Virus record (IMG/VR): IMGVR_UViG_3300029288_005873
Coordinates: 96,001-160,000 of that record
DNA: 64,000 nucleotides
Strand: one strand, 5' to 3'
Source: a virus
Lineage: Duplodnaviria > Caudoviricetes
Shown: positions 18,214 to 27,467 of the stretch, piece by piece
How positions within the stretch are numbered: the stretch's first letter is position 1
Layout: every line of letters begins with the position of its first letter
The notes under the pieces: generated by a model
What the model was told of the DNA's origin: nothing
The model's input: only the letters and a program-made list of their open reading frames with translations
Database searches by the model: none
Program-made: the position numbers and the translations under genes

Positions 18214-18392
18214 TAGTTTCCCTTGTCAGCCGCCTGCTGTAAAAACTCGACAGCGCCATTGTCCCTGTTAACTATCCTGGCATGCGCAAGCTCTGGATAG
18301 ATTGCAGACCAGAGTTCCTGTACCTGCTCAGGAGTCAAAGAAGCATCCATCATAACTTCGAGATTTCCATATGTGTATTTTCTCTTTTCCAT
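18213..18392 (-). CDS. Prokaryotic ubiquitin-like protein (PRTRC protein C type), 59 aa; not in ORF track
   Basis: MEKRKYTYGNLEVMMDASLTPEQVQELWSAIYPELAHARIVNRDNGAVEFLQQAADKGN; TPEQV..YPEL..A and near-terminal KG; AAGGGAG RBS. Confidence 0.85.
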   Translation of the reverse strand: MEKRKYTYGNLEVMMDASLTPEQVQELWSAIYPELAHARIVNRDNGAVEFLQQAADKGN

Positions 18393-18403
18393 AATAGTCT
18401 CCC

Positions 18404-18760
18404 TTAGTAATCGTAATCTTCGTCTTCGTCCTCGAAGTCGTCGTCTTCGTAATCATTATCTGAGCATTTGCTACTACATCCGCAACATCCAGTACAACAT
18501 CCGACCTCTTCCTTCTCAACTGCGCGGTCGAATGCTGTATCGCTGAGACGACTTTCTGCCAGGACCTTGTCCATAATATTTCGTAGAGCAGCAGCATGGG
18601 CTTGAATAATTACCGTCTTCGGATCATTACCAGTTACTGTTGCAGGAGTTCCACCATCAATGCGCACCTCTGCAATAAACACACCGCTTTGGCGACCAAT
18701 CTTTAGGCTAAACTCAGGATGTAGTGAAACCATGTTTCCCAAAATATTACCAATATCCAT
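18404..18760 (-). CDS. Hypothetical protein with acidic/Cys-rich tail (possibly PRTRC protein E-like)
   Basis: First gene of the operon; ATVTGNDP; tail CCTGCCGC..DDDFEDEDEDYDY. Confidence 0.5.
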   Translation of the reverse strand: MDIGNILGNMVSLHPEFSLKIGRQSGVFIAEVRIDGGTPATVTGNDPKTVIIQAHAAALRNIMDKVLAESRLSDTAFDRAVEKEEVGCCTGCCGCSSKCSDNDYEDDDFEDEDEDYDY

Positions 18761-18771
18761 TATTCCTCTCC

Positions 18772-19677
18772 TTATTCCATGACTTTTGCCATCGCTTCTC
18801 CGATGGCTGTCACAACTGGCACTGGTACAGAATTGCCAATCTGTCTGTATGCCTGTGTCTTTGTTTTTGGCAGCTTAAAACTATCTGGAAAACCCTGCAT
18901 CCTTGCCCATTCGCGAGGCGTTAACCTTCTTATGATCGTACCATCAAACACCAGAATACGATCACCACTTGTTACCAATGTATTCCCAATCTCATCTGGA
19001 GTGTGAAGTGCTGGAAGAAAACGCCCCCCCCTATTGGGTCCTCTTTCATGCAACTTACGAAGATACCCAACCAGGACGGAATTCGAAGCGTTGAACTCAC
19101 TATCAACACCTTTTTGCATAATTGAGGATAAAGGTCTCATAAGCCCAGAATATCCTTCCGGAAACCTAAATGACGACCACGCTTTTTTGTTCCTGAAACC
19201 AACTATGAATACGCGTTTGCGACGCTGCGGCAATCCAAATTCCTCAGCTCCAAGCACCTGCCATGATGCGCAATAGCCAAGGTCTTTCAATGTGCTCATG
19301 ATGATGTCCAAAGTCCGACCACCATCGTGGCTTACGAGACCTTTTACGTTCTCGAACAAGCATGCGGAAGGCTTAGATACATCCATAAGGCGAGCAAGCT
19401 CAAAGAACATGTTGCCTCTCGGATCACGGAAACCTTTCCGCTTACCAAGATGAGAGAAAGGCTGGCAAGGAAAACCTCCACACAAAACGGACGTGTGACA
19501 AGGCAACCAAGGTACATTACTTATGTTTGATCCTTTTGGCTGTTCCCCGAAATTATCTGCGTATGTTGTTCGTGCCGCATCATCTATTTCGCACGATCCA
19601 ACACAACTGAATCCAGCCCGTTCCATTCCTAGCCTGATTCCGCCCATCCCGGCAAAGGCATCGTAGAACGTCAACAT
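18772..19677 (-). CDS. DNA (cytosine-5)-methyltransferase
   Basis: FAGMGG, GGFPCQPFS, ENVKGL, PQRRKRVFIVG, RRLTPRE..QGFP, IGNSV. Confidence 0.95.
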   Translation of the reverse strand: MLTFYDAFAGMGGIRLGMERAGFSCVGSCEIDDAARTTYADNFGEQPKGSNISNVPWLPCHTSVLCGGFPCQPFSHLGKRKGFRDPRGNMFFELARLMDVSKPSACLFENVKGLVSHDGGRTLDIIMSTLKDLGYCASWQVLGAEEFGLPQRRKRVFIVGFRNKKAWSSFRFPEGYSGLMRPLSSIMQKGVDSEFNASNSVLVGYLRKLHERGPNRGGRFLPALHTPDEIGNTLVTSGDRILVFDGTIIRRLTPREWARMQGFPDSFKLPKTKTQAYRQIGNSVPVPVVTAIGEAMAKVME

Positions 19678-19679
19678 TA

Positions 19680-19967
19680 TCACACCTCGAAGTCGGCATC
19701 CCACAGACCAGAACCCCAGTCCTCATCATGGTTTATGTCTATTGGATTTATGTTGTCACAATCAGACCAGTCACTTTCATGTAGATGGTTAAGACCCAAG
19801 ACTTCCTCAATATCTATGCTAGGATTGATAGACGCCTCTCTACATCTTTTTCTGATCTCACTTAGGACCTTTTGCTCAGCTTCTTCACGCGTTTCTGCTT
19901 TCACACCCACCACAATCGTAGTTGAGCATGTTTTTTCAATGTCTACTCCGATTTTGAATTGTATCAT
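19680..19967 (-). CDS. Hypothetical protein
   Basis: 95-aa ORF, VKAETREEAEQKV motif typical of small phage proteins. Confidence 0.55.
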   Translation of the reverse strand: MIQFKIGVDIEKTCSTTIVVGVKAETREEAEQKVLSEIRKRCREASINPSIDIEEVLGLNHLHESDWSDCDNINPIDINHDEDWGSGLWDADFEV

Positions 19968-20357
19968 TCACTTCCTCTTTCGAAGTTCCTTTTCGGCCTC
20001 CAGCCAATCTTGCTCAGCATTCCCATCAACATAACCACGACCAGCATACTTCTTGAAGGCAAGCTGCTCGATCTCATTGTGCGTGGGCTGATATAGACTA
20101 TATCGCCTCTGTCTACCCTCCCCAGATGCCACAACAAGACCCTTGATCCTCATGTGGTAAAGAGTGGACGACACATCCGAACGGTGCTTGTTCGTGGTGC
20201 GATAGCCATTTGGGCGAACTCTTCTAAGTTCATCCTGCTTTAGACCAAGCATTTCTGCCGTCTCGTTTGCGATCATCGAAAACTTTAATGCTCCGTTGTG
20301 GTTAAGCAACGCATCAGTAACAGCCTCGATGTATTTTGATCTAGAACGTAGTGCCAT
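19968..20357 (-). CDS. Winged-helix-like protein with C-terminal DUF2934-like motif
   Basis: IEQLAFKKYAGRGYVDGNAEQDWLEAEKEL. Confidence 0.6.
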   Translation of the reverse strand: MALRSRSKYIEAVTDALLNHNGALKFSMIANETAEMLGLKQDELRRVRPNGYRTTNKHRSDVSSTLYHMRIKGLVVASGEGRQRRYSLYQPTHNEIEQLAFKKYAGRGYVDGNAEQDWLEAEKELRKRK

Positions 20358-20695
20358 TACTTACCTCCACGCGAACGACCTGGGCGTCGCTGAGATCCTT
20401 CTCTCCGCCTCATGGTCTCCCACTTGACTTCCTTACCAGTAGTTTCATCAATGATCTTTAGGACCTGATCCTTATTCACACGACGAACCGGCATGCCGCT
20501 ATAAATTCCATTCTTTGTTCTCGAAGCTCCCGAATACTTCTTCTTGTTATACCTCTTCAGAGATTCGACCAGGACATAATTTGTTCTAGCATCCAGGACG
20601 CGACACCTAATCTCCTGTAGCTTTTGACCAAACTGCGACGAATTCCTCTTAGCATACACCAGATACGTATGTTCACTTTTGCTAACTTGACTCAT
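20357..20695 (-). CDS. Basic hypothetical protein
   Basis: 112-aa ORF with AAAGGAG RBS, overlaps both neighbours. Confidence 0.55.
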   Translation of the reverse strand: MSQVSKSEHTYLVYAKRNSSQFGQKLQEIRCRVLDARTNYVLVESLKRYNKKKYSGASRTKNGIYSGMPVRRVNKDQVLKIIDETTGKEVKWETMRRREGSQRRPGRSRGGK

Positions 20696-21157
20696 TTAAT
20701 TTCTCCTTTTTCAATAATTTCCCTTACCACAATTAGTCGTTTACAGCGAATTTTTTGATTACTTGCCTTGGGCAAGAAAGTAACGCCGTCCAATGTCGTA
20801 GTCTCAAGCGACAAATTTGGAACACATATGACATCGTTTGGGTCTACAAGAACTTCCATAATTCGAATAAAAGAAGGTAGAACCCGCAAATAACTTTGCA
20901 CAACGCCATGTTCCAGCATGTAGACCTTTGGCGCACAAAACCATAGGATTTGTGTCTATATCATCATCCCTAACTTTAACTTCCGTTCCGGGTAGATAAA
21001 CATTGACACATCCGCGAACCGGACCAGGACTGCCAATATTAATATCTACTACATATAAGGAACCATATTCTTTTGTCACAGCTTTGTATAGAACAAGTTT
21101 CCCATTGCGTGTTCTAATATGGTATATCCTCACAAATTTCCTAAGTTCTTTTGTCAC
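20692..21157 (-). pseudogene. rIIB C-terminal-like protein split by a +1 frameshift
   Basis: Frame 1 gives LYKAV..CAKGLHAG; the +1 frame gives IMEVLVDPNDVICVP..KIRCKRLIVVREI; span 466 nt = 3n+1; shift at T4 run 20869-20872. Confidence 0.65.
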
Positions 21158-21161
21158 TTTT

Positions 21162-21935
21162 TCACCTTACACACTTGTGACGACTGCCATCAAGTACATC
21201 AGGACGAAAACATTTGCGGCACTTGGTACATGCTCCCTTTACTGGCACCTTGTCTGCATCGACAGGACATACAGTAATAGGATCATCATATGGAAGAATC
21301 TTCTTCGATTGCTGTGCATTAAACACTATCCTTGCACCAAGTGTATCCTCATTCGCGAATCTTCTAAGAAAGCTAAAGTATAGACGAGGGTATTTATACC
21401 TAGATACGATAGCCTTTCTTCTTTTGCTATCGTTAGATCCATCCAAAGAAAACATAAGGTAAAGATTTTCAGCATCGTGACTTGGTACAAGTGATACCAT
21501 CTCAGGTTTACGTGTCACAACAAGCAGAACATCATCGGGATGTCTTCTAGAGAGACTGGATATAACTGCAGCAGATTCAGGAAAAAGGTCACCAACTCCA
21601 TTCCATCTCAAAAAAGTCATTCCCCTCTTGATATATTCTTCATGTATGCGTTCGGCTATTTCATCTGGATTAGCTTCTAAGAAGTATCTATATACTCTCC
21701 AATACTTTAGTATAGATTTTTCCCAAGTTATTGGTTTACCAGGCATTGCGCCATAACAGGTCTCAGAACAAACTGGACTAGGTCTACATGTTCCACTTGG
21801 CCCCAAGGGAAAATTTATAGAAAATCCAGTCTTAGCATTGCTGCTACAGATGCGCTCATGTGGTCCAAGTGATCTGTTTTCTACCGAAGAAAGAAGCTCA
21901 ATTTTCTTGCTTAACTTCCCGACAATGGATGTCAT
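21162..21935 (-). CDS. Gp88-like phage protein (radical-SAM-related Fe-S protein)
   Basis: NAKTGFSINFP..GTC..CSETCY, LRWNGVGD, C-terminal CP..CTKCRKC. Confidence 0.7.
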   Translation of the reverse strand: MTSIVGKLSKKIELLSSVENRSLGPHERICSSNAKTGFSINFPLGPSGTCRPSPVCSETCYGAMPGKPITWEKSILKYWRVYRYFLEANPDEIAERIHEEYIKRGMTFLRWNGVGDLFPESAAVISSLSRRHPDDVLLVVTRKPEMVSLVPSHDAENLYLMFSLDGSNDSKRRKAIVSRYKYPRLYFSFLRRFANEDTLGARIVFNAQQSKKILPYDDPITVCPVDADKVPVKGACTKCRKCFRPDVLDGSRHKCVR

Positions 21936-22180
21936 TTCTTTCCCTCCATACGGTCCAGCAAAACGCTGTTCATGGCAGCCATTGCTGCAGTCAAAGTCAT
22001 ATTAGCTAAAGCTATGCTAAGGATAGGCTTTGCCCAGGCAGAAAAGAAGGCAAATAAAGAAAGGCATCCGAATCCGATCGAAAGGAGCGAAAACACCCAA
22101 AACAAAACCCTAATTGTTTTCCGCCCCATCAAAGACCCTTTCCAAATCCCAAACAGAACCAGAGTCGCGCACAAGACCAA
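21932..22180 (-). CDS. Small membrane protein
   Basis: Hydrophobic segments. Confidence 0.45.
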   Translation of the reverse strand: MVLCATLVLFGIWKGSLMGRKTIRVLFWVFSLLSIGFGCLSLFAFFSAWAKPILSIALANMTLTAAMAAMNSVLLDRMEGKK

Positions 22181-22526
22181 TGGCTGTCATGCCGTCCATT
22201 GTGTCGCGGCAGCTCCCTAGAATATCCATAAGTTTCGATACCTTCCTTGCCCAAACATTTCCACCGCTATCAAGTTCGGATGCTATATTCTTAGCTTTCT
22301 TCATCCTCATATTTAATTCCCTGAATAGCTGGAACGCTTCGCGCTTTGCACATTCTACAGCCGACTCGAGGTCGGTTACTTGCTTCTGTAGGCGTGTTGT
22401 AATCTCCGCCTCAAATTGTTTCTTAATCATTTTACACAACCTTCCAACATTAATGCCTGCGCACAACCAAGCTGGATACCATCCTGACACATTTTCCACC
22501 CCACAACCAGCAGCGGTGTTGTTCAC
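22110..22526 (-). CDS. Hypothetical coiled-coil protein
   Basis: ORF overlapping neighbours; start uncertain. Confidence 0.45.
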   Translation of the reverse strand: MNNTAAGCGVENVSGWYPAWLCAGINVGRLCKMIKKQFEAEITTRLQKQVTDLESAVECAKREAFQLFRELNMRMKKAKNIASELDSGGNVWARKVSKLMDILGSCRDTMDGMTAIGLVRDSGSVWDLERVFDGAENN

Positions 22527-22915
22527 GCCTGCGGATTGTCCGTTCCCTGCTTACCGGTATCTGCTTGGACACTATCCCGTACGCGATGAATGCGATCATC
22601 ACGTCCATGATATCGCGCAACCTTACTTGTTGGAACCAAAGGGGTAGGGATTTTATATTCTGGACGCGTCCACACCGTTCGTCCACATTTGCGGCATTTC
22701 GACCTTAAATGTCCAGCGTTTCCAACAGCCCCGCGCGGCTTTAGCTGACCCCCACAATGAGCACATCTTGTCTTCCCGTCACCCTTCTTCTGTTCACGCT
22801 GAGACTCACGTTTGCGCCTATGTAGATCGCCCAAAGTTCCAAAAAGGTCCCTACTGCCCCTCTGGCTTTTCCCATCGTGATGGCGCTTGTCATGGTTCCT
22901 GTTTCTTTTATCCAT
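22523..22915 (-). CDS. Basic zinc-ribbon protein
   Basis: CAHCGG...CRKCG. Confidence 0.55.
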   Translation of the reverse strand: MDKRNRNHDKRHHDGKSQRGSRDLFGTLGDLHRRKRESQREQKKGDGKTRCAHCGGQLKPRGAVGNAGHLRSKCRKCGRTVWTRPEYKIPTPLVPTSKVARYHGRDDRIHRVRDSVQADTGKQGTDNPQA

Positions 22916-22921
22916 TTGTCC

Positions 22922-23626
22922 TTAAACTCCTTTTTTTCTACATCCAATCATCGGGCACTCCGCACATCGCGGATTGTCCAGTACACAATATGTTTTTCCT
23001 ATTCTGCGCAAACCTTCCCAAATCGCAACAACTGTTTTTGGATCAATAGGGCGCGGTGGATTAACAATACCCAATCTGATAAGCACCCTATTGATATCCG
23101 AGTTAGACTCAATGTCAACTCTATCCCATTCATTAATATCAACATCCCAATCTCTACCTAAAAGGAATGTAAATGCTAATGCTTTTACATTTCCAATACC
23201 AGGCACATCTACCAATCTACGAATTAGCCTTTGTGCTTCAATTCCACTGCCACGATTCCATATCAAAGCTGGATCGCCATCATACTGACCAACCACAAAA
23301 TCAGCCGCTCTACTTATCCATGTCCCCATTTTTGGTGGACTTACATGAAGTGCTGGTCGTCCACAAAGTGCTCGACGCAATCCATTTTCGCCAACATCTT
23401 TTATAGATTTTGCGTCCAAACATTCAATCCCAAGTCTGACTGATAGATTGTATGGAATTTCCCAAGGATGATCTGATCCATACATGCCCATGGCGCCAAC
23501 AAGAAGCGCCATGGGCTTTTTTGATGGGTTCGAAAACATCTCCAGTGCGTCACCCAATGGATATTGACATGGAACAGGTAAAGCCCATGAAGTAGCAATA
23601 TCCACTACACTGCTCCAGACTTCCAT
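22922..23626 (-). CDS. HhH-GPD / endonuclease III-like DNA glycosylase
   Basis: LVDVPGIGNVKA (HhH), RVLIRLG, C-terminal CVLDNPRCAECPMIGC Fe-S motif. Confidence 0.8.
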   Translation of the reverse strand: MEVWSSVVDIATSWALPVPCQYPLGDALEMFSNPSKKPMALLVGAMGMYGSDHPWEIPYNLSVRLGIECLDAKSIKDVGENGLRRALCGRPALHVSPPKMGTWISRAADFVVGQYDGDPALIWNRGSGIEAQRLIRRLVDVPGIGNVKALAFTFLLGRDWDVDINEWDRVDIESNSDINRVLIRLGIVNPPRPIDPKTVVAIWEGLRRIGKTYCVLDNPRCAECPMIGCRKKGV

Positions 23627-23627
23627 G

Positions 23628-25931
23628 TTAAGTCTTCCGCCCAACAAGAGCTATGTCAAGAGCTTCAGCAAGATGGTCAATAAGATGGATCTTCATTTCC
23701 TCAAGGACCTCTTTTGGAACATCCATGAGAGAATCCTCATTCGCTTTTGGAATCATAACCTCTCTGATTCCAGAACGATGAGCTGCAAGAAGCTTTTCAA
23801 CAACTCCTCCAACTGGCATTACACGACCACGCAATGAGATCTCTCCAGTCATTGCTATATCGTTACGAACTGGAAGCTTTGACAAAAGAGAAGCTACGGA
23901 CACAACAAGAGCCACACCAGCACTTGGACCATCCTTTGGAGTAGACCCAGATGGAATGTGTACGTGTATAGATGTCTTTGTAGCCACATCATCTGGAATA
24001 CCTATTGCCGAAGCATTAGATTTAATCCATGTATGCGCTATCTTTGCGGATTCTTGGAGAACCTGACCCAAGTTTCCTGTCATTAGTTCTATTTTTCCAC
24101 CTCCGCCAGGAACCTCAACTGACTCCACGAATAGTATGGATCCTCCACACGAGGACCATGCCAATCCTGTACTAATCCCCACCGCGCTTTCCTTGGCCAT
24201 ACGTTCGGCAAATAGCTTTGGAGGACCGAGGAGTCTGCTAACCATTTGTTGGTCAACAGATACAGATAGCGATTGACCTGCTGCCGCATCAACTGCCAAC
24301 TTTCTGAACACAGATCCACAATGTCTCTCTAGATTGCGAACTCCAGCTTCATTGGTATAAGCTTCAACAATGCGCACAAGTCCATCATCAGATATGTCCA
24401 CATTGTGATTGGTTAGACCATTTTTCGTTTTCTGTTTTGGGACAAGATGCTTTCTAGCTATCCTGACTTTATCAAACAACGAGTATCCTGGAAGTTCTAC
24501 AATATCCAACCTATCTCGCAACGCTGGTGGTAGAAGATGAGCGTCATTTGCTGTACTAATAAAGAACACTTGAGACAAGTCAAAAGGAATGTCTAGATAG
24601 TTATCCTTGAACGAATGGTTCTGTTCTGGATCAAGTATTTCAAGAAGAGCGGCAGCTGGATCACCATGGTTGTCTCGCATCAACTTGTCAATCTCGTCAA
24701 GCATGAAAACGGGATTTTTAACCTTGGCTTTACGCATCTCCTGTAGTATACGTCCAGGAAGAGCACCAATATACGTGCGTCTATGACCACGCATTTCAGC
24801 CTCATCACGCATACCACCAAGAGATGTTCGTATAAATATGCGTCCCATAGCACGTGCGATACTCTGACCAAGGCTTGTTTTTCCCACTCCCGGAGGACCG
24901 ACAAAACACAATATTGCCCCACCGCTCTTTCCAGTAAGCTGTCTGACAGCCAAAAACTCTAGGATTCTTTCTTTAGGAACCTTTAGACCATAATGGTCTT
25001 CATCCAAGATTCTTGCTGCCTCTTTAATATCTGCCTTATCTGTGCTAGCTTTATTCCACGGTAATGAAGCCATGACATCCAAATACGTCACTGTCAGGGA
25101 AAAATCCGCAGTACTTGGCGACATCATTTGTAGTCTAGAAAGTTCATTTAGAGCTACATTTCTAGCCTCATCAGGCATCCCAGCTTCACCAATTAATCGC
25201 CTAAGGCGTTTGATTTCCAGGTTTTTTGGATCCAATATAACCTGCTTTTCCGTAGTGGGATTCTCAGGTTGTGTATTGGTGGATTCCTTAACATCCTTGG
25301 CAGCCTGTTCTGCCATTCGCTCGCTCTCCCTCAAGACAAGACCAGCAATATGCATTCTCAGCATTTCAGCCCGCTTTTTTACATCAGACTCACGTAGCAT
25401 CAGGATCTTGCCATTGCCATCCAAAGAAATCCTATTAGCAACCGCGTCAATAAAATTTCCAAATTCGTGGTCATACTTGGGTCTCATCATTGGGGCAAAT
25501 GTAGAGGTAGACTCAAGCGATAGCGCTTGATTCTGAATATCCATAGCCATTTCGCCCAAATATTCAGTCATTTCGAACTTTGGTTCCTCAATAGGAATAC
25601 ACGCACATGATACAGACCCATTGCGCACAGATACATTACACACAAGAACGCGCCTAACGCCCTCTACAAAAATACGTTTCGACTCCCCTTGTAGTGGCGA
25701 TATGCTTTTTACAATGGCCTCACAACCCACATCCCATATGTTGACTCTAGAAATGTGTGGAACTTCAGGATTCCTAAAGAATCCAATAACCACATGATTC
25801 CCCACTTCTACAGACTCTTTGAGGGTTGACAAAGACAATTGGCGCGTTAGATCTATAGAGTTTGATTGTTTTGGGAAAAGGATGAAGCTTTGCCCGTTGA
25901 GGGCTATAAAGGGCAGTTTGATTGCTTCCAT
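23628..25931 (-). CDS. lon: ATP-dependent protease Lon (LonA)
   Basis: LDEDHYGL, GPPGVGKTS, GHRRTYIGALPG, LDEIDK, PKDGPSAG (Ser), KLLAAHR (Lys). Confidence 0.97.
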   Translation of the reverse strand: MEAIKLPFIALNGQSFILFPKQSNSIDLTRQLSLSTLKESVEVGNHVVIGFFRNPEVPHISRVNIWDVGCEAIVKSISPLQGESKRIFVEGVRRVLVCNVSVRNGSVSCACIPIEEPKFEMTEYLGEMAMDIQNQALSLESTSTFAPMMRPKYDHEFGNFIDAVANRISLDGNGKILMLRESDVKKRAEMLRMHIAGLVLRESERMAEQAAKDVKESTNTQPENPTTEKQVILDPKNLEIKRLRRLIGEAGMPDEARNVALNELSRLQMMSPSTADFSLTVTYLDVMASLPWNKASTDKADIKEAARILDEDHYGLKVPKERILEFLAVRQLTGKSGGAILCFVGPPGVGKTSLGQSIARAMGRIFIRTSLGGMRDEAEMRGHRRTYIGALPGRILQEMRKAKVKNPVFMLDEIDKLMRDNHGDPAAALLEILDPEQNHSFKDNYLDIPFDLSQVFFISTANDAHLLPPALRDRLDIVELPGYSLFDKVRIARKHLVPKQKTKNGLTNHNVDISDDGLVRIVEAYTNEAGVRNLERHCGSVFRKLAVDAAAGQSLSVSVDQQMVSRLLGPPKLFAERMAKESAVGISTGLAWSSCGGSILFVESVEVPGGGGKIELMTGNLGQVLQESAKIAHTWIKSNASAIGIPDDVATKTSIHVHIPSGSTPKDGPSAGVALVVSVASLLSKLPVRNDIAMTGEISLRGRVMPVGGVVEKLLAAHRSGIREVMIPKANEDSLMDVPKEVLEEMKIHLIDHLAEALDIALVGRKT

Positions 25932-27271
25932 TATCTCACTCTTCGTCTTGATGGGTTTGTTTTCGCCTCAGCTTTCCTCTTTTCCTTGGCAGCCTCCTCT
26001 TCACTAATCATGTTACAGATTCTCTTCATCTGTTGTATCTGCTCAAGCATAGACTCAAAAGGAACTACAGAAGCACGTTTTGCGATTTCCTTAAGGTATG
26101 CTCCAGTCATCCCTTCAGTCTTAACCGCAATTCTATCGAATTCACGGTCCGTATACTGAACATGGAATTCCTTGGCATACGTCATAAGGATACTTTTCCT
26201 CTGGTTTTTGGTAAGTGGTTCAAACTCAACAATCTCATCGAACCTACCAGGTCGCCTTAGAGGTTCTGGGACTTCAGCCAAAGAGTTTACAGTTCCAATC
26301 AATAGGCGTCGACGTTCGCCAACCTTCCTGTTGATTCTCTCCATGTTCTCCAGCATTTCACTGGGTCGCCACATCTTATCCAGATCATCCAGAAGAAGTA
26401 CTGTAGGATCAATGATATCGATTAGGTCCTCAAGGATATTCCTTCCTCTTGTGCTGTCAAGTGTAGCACAAGATGCAACAAGAAGTCTACCACCGATCTT
26501 CTCGGCAAATCGGGCAGCCAAGGTTGTTTTGCCAATGCCAGGAGGACCGAAAAACAGGAGGGAGCGATTGAAGCCCAGCTTTTGAAGATTAGAGATACGC
26601 GCCATGAGCGCATCCTCATCAATGTGCGACACATATAGTGAAGTCGGAATGTCCAATGGACCTAGGTAGAAAAATTCATTCCAGCCTTTTGGAATGGTAT
26701 TTATAGTCAAAACACGTCCAAGCTTTTCCTCGACCGTTTGTGAAAACTGTCGTACAAAAGCTTTTTGGTCGAGCACAAAAGGTCCATCCTGATCCGTACC
26801 CGCAGAACCAGATTCTACAAACCAGACTTTTACACCACTACCAAGGTCAAACTCATCAATACCTTCCTGAGAGTTTTCTCCGTCGTCTTTGTCTTTTCCG
26901 GAATTCCATATACGCCTAACGGGAATATCCATCTGCCGCAGGGTATGAAATAGAAAGGTAGACATCATCGGAAACACTTTCAAAGCACCCATCTCCTTTA
27001 GGCGCTCATGAGCCTGTGGAGACTCTCCCTCAAACATTGAACTTATACAGCCATATGTTGAAATCGCACCAAGGGCTACCGATATCGGATCCTTGCGCTT
27101 TACTGCCGTATAAATATCAAGTACTTCCCTAGATACAGAAGCTACCTTGGACACTATACGCATAGCCTTGCGAACCTTAACCCGGCGCGCATTTTTGTTT
27201 GACTGAGCCCTGCGGTCGAGGTCGGCGGCATTATTTGCTACATAAGAGCCGAAATCGAAACCGATTGTCAT
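25931..27271 (-). CDS. AAA+ ATPase with N-terminal extension
   Basis: GPPGIGKTT, LLLDDLD, TVN, LRRPGRFD, GMTGAYLKE. Confidence 0.9.
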   Translation of the reverse strand: MTIGFDFGSYVANNAADLDRRAQSNKNARRVKVRKAMRIVSKVASVSREVLDIYTAVKRKDPISVALGAISTYGCISSMFEGESPQAHERLKEMGALKVFPMMSTFLFHTLRQMDIPVRRIWNSGKDKDDGENSQEGIDEFDLGSGVKVWFVESGSAGTDQDGPFVLDQKAFVRQFSQTVEEKLGRVLTINTIPKGWNEFFYLGPLDIPTSLYVSHIDEDALMARISNLQKLGFNRSLLFFGPPGIGKTTLAARFAEKIGGRLLVASCATLDSTRGRNILEDLIDIIDPTVLLLDDLDKMWRPSEMLENMERINRKVGERRRLLIGTVNSLAEVPEPLRRPGRFDEIVEFEPLTKNQRKSILMTYAKEFHVQYTDREFDRIAVKTEGMTGAYLKEIAKRASVVPFESMLEQIQQMKRICNMISEEEAAKEKRKAEAKTNPSRRRVR

Positions 27272-27284
27272 TTCTCCTCCGCAA

Positions 27285-27467
27285 TTATCGTGCCTCTTTG
27301 CGCACGAAGATTAAGTAGATTATTCCATCCGTAGCTGGTGCAGCTCTAAGCGTCCACCCTTGGTCGAGTTTTTCTTGTACTTCCCTATGTAATTTATATG
27401 TACATCCGCTTGTGCGAGATGCACAAACTTCTACGATCTCACAGCGCATACAATGGGATTGCTTCAT
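27285..27467 (-). CDS. Small hypothetical protein
   Basis: 60-aa ORF, ATGA overlap. Confidence 0.45.
   Translation of the reverse strand: MKQSHCMRCEIVEVCASRTSGCTYKLHREVQEKLDQGWTLRAAPATDGIIYLIFVRKEAR

Noticed and set aside
9967-25931. Inteins or introns in ligase, pncB or lon
   Set aside because: Lengths are normal, with no C/S...HN splice motifs or LAGLIDADG blocks; the endonucleases are all free-standing.
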